Positions 11,989 to 19,556 of a stretch of 64,000 bases of DNA are shown in pieces. The notes under the pieces are model-generated. The model did no database searches, was not told the DNA's origin, and worked only from the letters and a program-made list of their open reading frames with translations. Both the position numbers and the translations under genes were made by a program. Source of the stretch: an uncultured delta proteobacterium (lineage in GTDB: Bacteria > Desulfobacterota > Syntrophia > Syntrophales > UBA5619); NCBI GenBank assembly GCA_963817385.1, contig CAWFOM010000001.1:96001-160000 (forward strand), in the 5' to 3' direction. Each line of letters opens with the position of its first letter. Position 1 is the stretch's first letter.

Positions 11989-12012
11989 GTCGGCTACAAC
12001 GCCTTGTTAGGC
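11989..12012 (-). repeat. Left half of attC, interrupted at the IS3 remnant
   Basis: GCCTAAC AAGGCGTTGTAGCCGAC downstream of the methyltransferase; complements cassette start ATTAGGC at 12853-12847. Confidence 0.65.
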
Positions 12013-12058
12013 ATGATTGGATTTTCCCCACTTTCTGAGTCGCCCGGTAATCCCCTCA

Positions 12059-12805
12059 TCACCGCGTCATCAGCGCGAACACGCCCCAGCCCAGGTATTC
12101 ACGCGTGTAAGCGGCGTAGCGCTCGGGTTCCGAGGTTAGTTTGGCTCGAACATCTTTCGCGAACTCGTCGTCGGGATTGGCTTCAAGCCATCGGCGCATG
12201 GTGAGCCACTTGGCCGCCTCGTATCTGTCCCAGCCGTCTTGGTCTGCCAAAACCATTTCCACGACGTCGTAGCCGAGGTGGCCGAAAGACGCGAGAAGTT
12301 CTGGAAGCAGGAGAAAGTCGGAGATTGAGCCGGCAAGACACCCCCTGGCAACATCTTCCGTCGGCGGTAACTGCCGCCAGTAGGGCTCGCCGATGAGGAT
12401 GATCCCTCCGGTGCGGAGGCTCTGCGCCAGAAGCTCGATGGTGCCGACGACTCCCCCAGCGATCCACGTGGCACCGAGACAGGCTGCCACACCGGCCTTC
12501 TCGTCAGAGACGAAGCCGGCAGCATCGCCATGGATGAACTTGACTTGATCGGCGACACCGAGTTTTTCAGCGCGGAGTTTCGCTTGCTCGGTGAACAACT
12601 GGCTCATGTCGATGCCGGTGCCGATGACTCCGTAATCGCGTGCCCAGGTGCACAGCATCTCCCCCGAACCGCTGCCGAGGTCGAGCACTCGGGTCCCCGT
12701 TTCCAGACGCAGCGCCGCGCCGAGAGTGGCGAGCTTTTCGGGTGTGAACGGGTTATGGATGCGGTGAGCACTTTCGGTGATGTTGAAGATCCGTGGAATG
12801 TCCAT
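12059..12805 (-). CDS. Class I SAM-dependent methyltransferase (YjhP-like), integron cassette
   Basis: VLDLGSGSGE motif I; MDIPRIFNITESAHRIHNP N-terminus; YLGWGVFAL C-terminus. Confidence 0.9.
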   Translation of the reverse strand: MDIPRIFNITESAHRIHNPFTPEKLATLGAALRLETGTRVLDLGSGSGEMLCTWARDYGVIGTGIDMSQLFTEQAKLRAEKLGVADQVKFIHGDAAGFVSDEKAGVAACLGATWIAGGVVGTIELLAQSLRTGGIILIGEPYWRQLPPTEDVARGCLAGSISDFLLLPELLASFGHLGYDVVEMVLADQDGWDRYEAAKWLTMRRWLEANPDDEFAKDVRAKLTSEPERYAAYTREYLGWGVFALMTR

Positions 12806-12846
12806 TGCAGAAAATCTCCTTACGGGTGTGAATAGATTCGGTCACT

Positions 12847-12922
12847 GCCTAATCGCGGCACGATCCGGAACATCACCGGGAGGCCGGCCCTAAGGCCGAG
12901 CCGGTGGATGCCGTGGTTGGGC
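12847..12922 (-). repeat. attC of mazEF cassette (atypical right end, ~12-nt insertion, ATT core)
   Basis: GCCCAAC CACGGCATCCACCGG...CCGGTGA[TGTTCCGGATCG]TGCCGCG ATTAGGC. Confidence 0.7.
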
Positions 12923-12926
12923 AATC

Positions 12927-13256
12927 TTAGAATGCAAACAGCCGCTGTAAAACAGAAATAACCTTTAGCTGGGTTTCCGCATCAAGAGAGCCAAGGTTCT
13001 TTATCAGTCGCGTTTTATCTATTGTCCGTATCTGATCTAAAACGATGTGCCCATTTTTCTTCTTGAATTGGCATGCTATTCGTGTGGGATAGTCTTGCCC
13101 CGCAGTCGTCATCGGGGCTACTATGACGGTGCGGATATATCGGTTCATTTCGTCCGGCGAAATAATCAAACAAGGTCGTGTTTTCTGAATTTCAGAACCA
13201 ATAGTAGGATCAAGATTTGTTAAATACACATCAAATCGTTTCACTACCATTGCCAT
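12927..13256 (-). CDS. mazF: PemK/MazF-family toxin endoribonuclease
   Basis: LDPTIGSEIQKTRPCLIISPDEMN; DQIRTIDKTRL. Confidence 0.95.
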   Translation of the reverse strand: MAMVVKRFDVYLTNLDPTIGSEIQKTRPCLIISPDEMNRYIRTVIVAPMTTAGQDYPTRIACQFKKKNGHIVLDQIRTIDKTRLIKNLGSLDAETQLKVISVLQRLFAF

Positions 13257-13498
13257 TCCTCTTCATCCCAAGAGTTTGAAATGTTTTCGTTTCCGTCAAT
13301 CAATATGTCATGACCGTTTTTAGCCATTGCTCTGAAAGCATTATCCCAACCTGGCCTTGGATTTGATATCGGGCGAATAATGATTTGAGTTTTCTCGACC
13401 TCAAGCTCAACGTCATCCATAATTCCAGTTTGATCAAGTAATGGTTTTGGAATACGGATTCCTTGGGAATTGCCTATCCTTACAACGCGGGCTCTCAT
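13244..13498 (-). CDS. mazE: AbrB/MazE-family antitoxin
   Basis: RIGNSQGIRIPK swapped-hairpin motif; acidic WDEEEWQW tail overlapping the toxin start. Confidence 0.95.
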   Translation of the reverse strand: MRARVVRIGNSQGIRIPKPLLDQTGIMDDVELEVEKTQIIIRPISNPRPGWDNAFRAMAKNGHDILIDGNENISNSWDEEEWQW

Positions 13499-13530
13499 TA
13501 TTTTTACCTCCTGGACCTAATAGTTACCAC

Positions 13531-13559
13531 ATTGTAATTACATTTACCTTAAAAGTCAA
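13531..13559 (-). promoter_or_regulatory. Sigma70 promoter of the mazEF cassette with overlapping palindromic operator
   Basis: TTGACT-17 nt-TACAAT on minus strand; palindrome TGTAATTACA overlaps the -10. Confidence 0.75.
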
Positions 13560-13584
13560 GGATTCAATGGTTTATGGAATCACT

Positions 13585-13656
13585 GCCCAACGCTCGGTAT
13601 AACCCGCTTGCGACGAGCAAAGCGAGGAGCAAGTCGGGTTCATGCCGTTGTTGGGC
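13585..13656 (-). repeat. attC site (canonical, 72 bp)
   Basis: GCCCAAC AACGGCATGAACCCGACTTGC...GCAAGCGGGTTATACCGAGC GTTGGGC. Confidence 0.92.
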
Positions 13657-13668
13657 GGCGTTGTTTCT

Positions 13669-14370
13669 TTATTTATACGCCTTTCTCAACGATTGCGGTA
13701 TTGTCACGCAAGTCTTACCATCCTTTTTGAATCGAAAATCGCACTTCGCACCACCATCGGCTATAGTCATTGTTCGGCGCAATCCCCATCCCATTAACTC
13801 GCTAGCGATCTTGTCGATGGCACAAAGATAAGGAACCAACTCTGCCACACCTTGTTGTCGGAAAAAATTATAGACCGCACACTCGATATAGTCGAATTCA
13901 TAGTCGAACTCTTCCCCGTCCCCTTGTAGATAAGCAACAACATAACCACTTGGATACTTGCGCTCCTGGGATAGTGCCGCTCGTTTTTGTAATCGTGTAG
14001 TGAACCATCGAGAAAACCACACAATTCTAACAGCTCGACGCACAAAGCCTGGGATTGCTTTAATTTCCGCTTCACCAATTCCGTAAACTAGCTGTCCTAC
14101 TTCTTCGACCGTCTTGCCATGTTCTTGAAATGCTTTGTATATTCCCAAGTGCCGACTGGCTGGTAAATAGAACATGTCAACCAGAGGATTGTTTTCACCG
14201 ATATAAGGAATTTGAGGGATGAGGTCACAGTACTTTTGACGCGACGCTTGTATCAACGGATTAGCTTCTTCTCCGTAGCGTGCAACCAAGACCGGCTTAA
14301 CCAGAGAAATCGCTCGGTCAAAACTTTTCAATAAATGGGGTGTGCGGGAGATATAGTTTTCGTGCGACAT
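13669..14370 (-). CDS. L-2-amino-thiazoline-4-carboxylic acid hydrolase family protein, integron cassette
   Basis: DYIECAVYNFF...YLCAID...GLRRTMTIADGGAKCDFRF C-terminal signature. Confidence 0.85.
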   Translation of the reverse strand: MSHENYISRTPHLLKSFDRAISLVKPVLVARYGEEANPLIQASRQKYCDLIPQIPYIGENNPLVDMFYLPASRHLGIYKAFQEHGKTVEEVGQLVYGIGEAEIKAIPGFVRRAVRIVWFSRWFTTRLQKRAALSQERKYPSGYVVAYLQGDGEEFDYEFDYIECAVYNFFRQQGVAELVPYLCAIDKIASELMGWGLRRTMTIADGGAKCDFRFKKDGKTCVTIPQSLRKAYK

Positions 14371-14413
14371 CTGCCATCATCCTTCTTGCATGTCAGTTTG
14401 TGTTGAGCCGCTC

Positions 14414-14578
14414 AATGCGGCGCTCACCAACTGCGGTGGGCGGCAAGCCGAAGGCTTGACGACTGGCGCATGTTGGTGAAGCGGCTTTGTTCCGAGGCGC
14501 GCTTCGCGCCGAGGGAGAAAGCCGCGAACGCAGTGAGCGCCGCATTCCGCCGGACAAGCGAAGCGCGTCCGGCGGAAC
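14414..14578 (-). mobile_element. Gene-less structured cassette B (attC-like site 14414-14495 plus internal inverted copies of its arms)
   Basis: IRs 14414-14427/14533-14546, 14481-14488/14518-14525, 14545-14555/14567-14577; starts GTTCCG, R'' CGGAAC, ends ATT. Confidence 0.75.
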
Positions 14579-14661
14579 GACTTAAATGAGGCGCAGGGGC
14601 AACCAGCTTATGCAAAAAACCACAGCGGCTATCCCCTGTCGCCTCGATTTTTTTGTTGTGC
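14572..14661 (-). repeat. attC of the UDG cassette
   Basis: GCACAAC AAAAAAATCGAGGCGACAGGGG...CCCCTGCGCCTCATTTAAGTC GTT; R'' matches cassette start (A)TTGTGC at 16041-16035. Confidence 0.85.
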
Positions 14662-14693
14662 GGTCTTTCCATTGGTGTGTCTTATCTTCTGTC

Positions 14694-15296
14694 TTAATGC
14701 TCATATGTTTTATTCATTCCCTTGATAAAATCCTTCTTCCCCCCGTGGGAAGGGTGTCTTATGTAAGTGATCGTGCTTTTGGGAAATACTTCTCTTAGTA
14801 TTGATTCGCCAACTCGACCAAGAGAACACAGTTGGCTCGGCTTGAATAAGTCATAAATTATTCTCAGATAAGCTTCACCTTCTTTGATTTCTGAAACATC
14901 AGGTTTTCTATTACTTTCTGGTTTACCGCTTTGATGTGGATGAAACGGGAATGCGTTCCACAAGATTGGTACAGAAGTACTGATTCCTAAAAATTGCCAT
15001 AAAATTGTTGCTGTATTTTCAGCAACAATCTGAGGCAGCATAATTTCACTGCCAATTTCCTGGAAGATAGTATGTTTTGAAGTCTTTATGACTTCACCAC
15101 TTGTGAAAGGAATACCTGTCAATCTGCAGCCTCTATAGCCAGGAGCTTCACCGATTAATAGAATATCAGCGTTTTGCTTTTGAAGATATGCGACGTATGC
15201 CTTTAAATTGTTAAGAATGCAGTTGTTTTGATATTGATTAAAAACAGTTTCTGAGGATTTCCGTAGAGATAACTGCGTTAATAGTCTGTTTAACAT
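14694..15296 (-). CDS. Uracil-DNA glycosylase superfamily protein (SMUG2-like)
   Basis: LLIGEAPGYRGCRLTGIPF motif 1, WNAFPFHPH, NRKP, LGR, IRHPSHGG motif 2. Confidence 0.9.
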   Translation of the reverse strand: MLNRLLTQLSLRKSSETVFNQYQNNCILNNLKAYVAYLQKQNADILLIGEAPGYRGCRLTGIPFTSGEVIKTSKHTIFQEIGSEIMLPQIVAENTATILWQFLGISTSVPILWNAFPFHPHQSGKPESNRKPDVSEIKEGEAYLRIIYDLFKPSQLCSLGRVGESILREVFPKSTITYIRHPSHGGKKDFIKGMNKTYEH

Positions 15297-15949
15297 GACG
15301 ATTTTTTACCGTAAAGTTTGTTTAGCTTGTCTTCTTTATATTCAGTGGGCAGCCTTCCCCAATAGCATTGATTCTTAACCTTGCAGTTTTCACAAATATC
15401 GATAATTTGTCTTCTTCCTTCTGGTGTTTGCAGGCACTTCATAATCTTTAGTGTTTCAGCCTGATATTTTGCTGATATATCATTGCCATTATTTGATTTT
15501 AAGCTACTAAGAATTCGATTAATGTCATTTTTTGCAGACGAATAACCCCAGCTTACAGGAACGCCTCTCGAACTGTAGTTTATTCCGATGCTCTGATCCT
15601 TTGGCAGAAGTACGTTCTCGGATGAAAAGAAGCCTTTTTTCGGTGTTTCGATGCAGCAACCAACCTTAAAGTAGCCAACAACTTTATTATTTACTGCACC
15701 ATTCAAATTTGTATTTCGAGTATAGAAAACGACATATTTTTCAGCGTCGGCTTTCTTTAAAAAATTCTTAACTTCTTTACAGTGACAGCCTTCATCATAG
15801 GACAACGTTTCAAAGCGAGGATATTGATAATGACCTGTATTTGTGGGATTGCACATAAAGAAATCTCTATGCATTATTTCTGGAGAAAATATAGAGCAGC
15901 CGTCAGGCATATCAGGCAGCGAATTGTAATAGAACAGAATCCAAATCAT
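15290..15949 (-). CDS. Hypothetical Cys-rich protein, possibly Nmad2/Nmad3-like nucleotide-modification-associated domain
   Basis: 219 aa AT-rich ORF overlapping the UDG start by 7 nt; H..YPRFETLSY...YVVFYT...VVGYFKV pattern; C-terminal CxxC..C. Family call is by eye. Confidence 0.7.
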   Translation of the reverse strand: MIWILFYYNSLPDMPDGCSIFSPEIMHRDFFMCNPTNTGHYQYPRFETLSYDEGCHCKEVKNFLKKADAEKYVVFYTRNTNLNGAVNNKVVGYFKVGCCIETPKKGFFSSENVLLPKDQSIGINYSSRGVPVSWGYSSAKNDINRILSSLKSNNGNDISAKYQAETLKIMKCLQTPEGRRQIIDICENCKVKNQCYWGRLPTEYKEDKLNKLYGKKSSC

Positions 15950-16038
15950 TGCTTTCCTTTCTTAAATTATATTTTCATTATTCCTTGGACCAATGGACAG
16001 CGTCTATCTTATGATTATCATCTTTGATACATATGCAC

Positions 16039-16200
16039 AATCGCGGCGCTGACCCGCGAGCACGGCGGATGGGAGCAGGCGTGCCTGCGGACAGCCGACG
16101 AGCGCAGTCGGGTCCAGTGCCTTGTTCCGGCGCGGAGCGACGGGGCAAGGCACTGGACGAAGTCAGCGCCGCGATTCCCGGCGACGGAGTCGCCGGGAAC
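16039..16200 (-). mobile_element. Gene-less structured cassette A, first in the array (attC-like site 16039-16130 plus internal inverted copies of its arms)
   Basis: Perfect IRs 16039-16053/16162-16176 (15 bp), 16112-16124/16146-16158 (13 bp), 16175-16185/16189-16199 (11 bp). Confidence 0.78.
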
Positions 16201-16230
16201 AAGTTATTCTAAAGTTTCTGGATATCTCCG
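16194..16230 (-). other. Putative attI site
   Basis: AT-rich CTTTAGA-ATAACTT-GTT directly before the first cassette and upstream of the divergent integrase. Confidence 0.6.
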
Positions 16231-16346
16231 CAATGATCCGGAATCAGCAGAACGTCAGGCAATAACCATGCGGTGATGCATTTGCGCTCACGGCCTGCCT
16301 GCTTCTCCTGTCCCTTTGTAAATACGGTAAGTTGCTTATAAATCTC

Positions 16347-16375
16347 TTGACAGAAATTATGCAACCATTTATTCT
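16347..16375 (+). promoter_or_regulatory. Putative integrase promoter; a convergent TTGACA (16398-16393, minus) may be the cassette promoter Pc
   Basis: TTGACA-17 nt-TATTCT upstream of ATG 16432. Confidence 0.6.
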
Positions 16376-16431
16376 TCTACTTCCGGATATCATGTCAAAA
16401 TTAAGATTATAATGAAGACGGAGATCTCCAC

Positions 16432-16710
16432 ATGCTGGCAATCCCCTCTGCATTACGGTCGAAATTCGATGAGCAGCTTCGGCGCAGAGCAACCCCAAAC
16501 AACCTGCATGGGCCTTATCTGAAATGGCTTCGCTATTATCTGGATTTTTGCCAAAAGTACCGATTCCCTCCGCGACAGGAAAAGAGCCTGCCCACGTTCC
16601 ACCGGAAATTGCAAGATAAGCAGCAATCCAAGACGCAGCAGGAGCAGGCTGCGGCTGCAATTACTGTCTATTATGACATTTTGAGAGAATCGGGGAGACT
16701 TCTAATCTAA
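16432..16710 (+). pseudogene. intI: Truncated integron integrase (N-terminal SAM-like domain only)
   Basis: MLAIPSAL...YLKWLRYYLDFCQKY...QQEQAAAAITVYY resembles the N-terminus of deltaproteobacterial IntI; divergent from the attC array; no catalytic domain. Confidence 0.75.
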
Positions 16711-16732
16711 TCCTTAACGCCATCTTCGCCGA

Positions 16733-18305
16733 TCACCGCACGGGCGCCACTTCCCTGAGCACATCGATCAGCGTTCCGTCCCGGTACTCGATGAGGGCCA
16801 CGATCCTGTCCGTGAAATCGGGTTTTTTCGGTTTTCCGGTAATACGGTAAGCGATGTCCCGCAGCTCCTCGATGGATTTCAGCGGAACCCGTGCGGCGCA
16901 AAGCCGCTCGATCAGGTCCTGCCGCCGGGGGTTCACGGCGATCCCGTAATCGGTCACGAGAACGTCCACCGATTCTCCGGGCGTGGAGATGACGATCACA
17001 TCGTCGACGACGACGGGGATCCGTCCCCGGATGAGGGGAGTGGTGATGATGGTGAGCTTCGCGCCCGCCGCCGTATCCGAATGCCCCCCCGTGGGATACT
17101 GGAGGATGCCGTCCGAGTGGGTGTTGACATTGACGTTGAAGTTGACGTCGATTTCGGTGGCGCCCAGGACGACGACGTCCAGCAGGTTGACCGCCGTGCC
17201 GCGGTTATGGGGATTGGCGTAGAAGCCGGCGCCGATCTCGATGTGGTTGACATCCTTCAGGAGCGATTGAATCGCGTACTGATCGAACGCCTGGACGGTC
17301 AGGATCTTGTGGATGATGCCCTCCTCCAGCAGTTTGACCATGCTCTCCGTGGTGCCCCCCATACCGAAGCTGCCGACGATGCCGCGCTTTTTCATCCGCT
17401 CGCCCAGGAATTTGGTCACCGCGAGCGAGATACCGCCGGCGCCGGTTTGAAAGCGGATCCCGTTGCTTGAACACCTCGGAGGCCTCGATGACGCGCACCG
17501 CATTCCGGGCGATATTGAGATTGACTGTGTCCCGGGTCAGGCGAAGGGTATTGGAGACGATTTTGGAAGGATCGCCGATATCGTCGACCTGGACGACGGT
17601 TCCCACGAACTCCTGGGAGATGCTGATGGGGATGACCGGGGTCTCCTCCATGTAGTCGGTGACGGCAACCGTCTTTTCACTGTAGATGGCGTCCGCCAGG
17701 GCGTAGGAAAGCGGCCCGCAGGCCGAGGGCCCTTTGACGCCGTTGCAATTTCCGATGGCATCGGCGCAGGGTGCGCCGATGAAAGCCGCATCGATGTGCA
17801 GATCGCCCCGCTCGATGGCGCGCACCCGCCCGCCGTGGGAGCGGATGACCATCGGACGGGTCATCAGCCCCCGGGAGACGGCCCGACCCACCGTTCCCCG
17901 GGCGCTCCCCCCCTCGATGCAGGTGACCACGCCGTTTCTGATGTGGTCGATCAGGGGTTCGTGAACCGAGTATAAAGAAGAGGGCGCGATGGTCATGTTC
18001 CTGAACCCCATGGCGGCGATCTCCGCCATGACCATGTTCAGGACCTTGTCTCCCTCACGGAAATGGTGGTGGAAGGAGACGGTCATCCCATCCTTGAGCT
18101 CGATCCGCTCGATCGCTTCCCGGATGGTGGGGACCAAGCAGTCCTCGCCGGGATGCAGTATCGTGCCGAGCCGTGGCCCGACGCGCCGTTTGTCCTCCTT
18201 GGGGGGCTCGACAAACACCCCCGCATAGGGGCGGTACCGCCTGCCGTCAATCTTCCGAGGCACCTTCCGGCCGACGGCGTTAACCACAAAATTTTCGTCC
18301 GGCAT
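16733..18305 (-). CDS. citF: Citrate lyase alpha subunit / CoA-transferase; frameshift near 17460
   Basis: LKDGMTVSFHHHFREGD, RSHGGR, SACGPLSYA; FQTGAGG, GGHSDTAAGA, YRDGTLIDV in second frame. Confidence 0.92.
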
Positions 18306-18317
18306 CGGATTGTCTCC

Positions 18318-19196
18318 TTATGCTTCAGGCTCGGGGATTGGTAAATCCAGACGTTCGGCGATGCGGATGATCTTCTCGGCCCGCTGGATGATCGGCTTGT
18401 CGATCATTTTCCCTTTGACGACGGCCACACCGCTCCCTTTGCCCCGGGCGATTTCCGAGGCCCGGATCACGTTGACGGCATGCTGGATCTCCGCTTCAGT
18501 CGGCGTGAAGATCTCATGAATGATTGCAATCTGGGACGGGTGAATGGCCGCGCGTCCGTCGAATCCCATCTGCTTGATCGCCAGGGTATCGTTGCGCAGC
18601 CCCTCTTCATCATTGAAATCCGAAAAGACCGTATCGAGGGCCTGCACTCCCGCCGCTTTGGCGGCAATGACCAGCATGCTTCGCCCCAAAAAGATCTCCC
18701 GTCCCTCCCGGGTGCGGGTCGCCCCGATATCCTGAGTGAAATCTTCCCCGCCGAAGGTGATCGCCTCAACCAGAGGCGAAGCGCCCGCTATTTCATAGGC
18801 GTTCAGGATGCCCTTCGCCGATTCGATCAGGGGCAGGATCGCCACCGGCTTGGACAGTCCGCTTTTCATGATCGCCTTTTCCACGGCCTGGACACCCTGA
18901 CGGTTTTCGGATTTGGGGACGACAATCGCGTCCGGACCCGCCGGAAGGACGGCCGCCAGATCCAGTAGTCCGCAGGTCGTCACGGGGTTGATTCTGACCA
19001 TGACCTCGGTCTCCCCGAAGTCGAGGGATTTGATCGCATTTCGCACCAGGAACCGCGCCGCATCCTTTTCTTCCGGACTCACCGAGTCTTCAAGATCGAG
19101 AATCACGGCATCGGCCCCCAGCAGGGGACCTTTTTGGATCATCCGGGGGCGGTTGCCGGGCAGATAGATGCGCGAGCGTCGGAGTCTCGCCATCAT
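18318..19196 (-). CDS. citE: Citryl-CoA lyase beta subunit (HpcH/CitE family)
   Basis: LRRSRIYLPGN, DLEDSV, VRIN, IESAKG, FGGED, GKMIDKP. Confidence 0.92.
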   Translation of the reverse strand: MMARLRRSRIYLPGNRPRMIQKGPLLGADAVILDLEDSVSPEEKDAARFLVRNAIKSLDFGETEVMVRINPVTTCGLLDLAAVLPAGPDAIVVPKSENRQGVQAVEKAIMKSGLSKPVAILPLIESAKGILNAYEIAGASPLVEAITFGGEDFTQDIGATRTREGREIFLGRSMLVIAAKAAGVQALDTVFSDFNDEEGLRNDTLAIKQMGFDGRAAIHPSQIAIIHEIFTPTEAEIQHAVNVIRASEIARGKGSGVAVVKGKMIDKPIIQRAEKIIRIAERLDLPIPEPEA

Positions 19197-19489
19197 TCGC
19201 CCTCCTGTAACGCTCGTTCGATGGCGGTTTGAACCCTGGCCCGGATCGCATAATCCAGGGCGCCCCGGTCATTGACGGTAAGTTTCAGATCGGTGAGGCC
19301 GTACCCTTCGATCACTTCGAGGACGGAGGCGCGGATCTGGTCGCCGAACAGTGACATGAGGGTGCTTTCGATCTCTACCTGAACGCCGCTGTTTGCCTCT
19401 CTCGGGGAAAGGCAGACGAGAACATCGCTCCTGTCATCGAGACCGGCTTTTGCCTCGCGAAGGATCCTTGCGGTTCGAGGCGTTGTCAT
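19193..19489 (-). CDS. citD: Citrate lyase acyl-carrier (gamma) subunit, atypical motif
   Basis: FGDQIR, DRGALDYAIRARVQTAIERA; N-terminal AGLDDRSDV instead of AGTLES(S/G)D. Confidence 0.85.
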   Translation of the reverse strand: MTTPRTARILREAKAGLDDRSDVLVCLSPREANSGVQVEIESTLMSLFGDQIRASVLEVIEGYGLTDLKLTVNDRGALDYAIRARVQTAIERALQEGE

Positions 19490-19556
19490 GTCTTTCTCTC
19501 CTGATCGTCTTCGGGAATCTATGGATATGAGGCTCCCGACAAAGGGGCTCGCTCAT

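Noticed and set aside
9250..16200. Spaced palindromes as a CRISPR array
   Set aside because: Repeats are non-identical, separated by whole genes and carry AAC/GTT cores typical of attC; no cas genes in the window.
14424..16212. Short ORFs over the gene-less elements (14424..14672, 15978..16202, 16024..16212)
   Set aside because: They cross cassette boundaries, lack a clear RBS and show no similarity between elements A and B.
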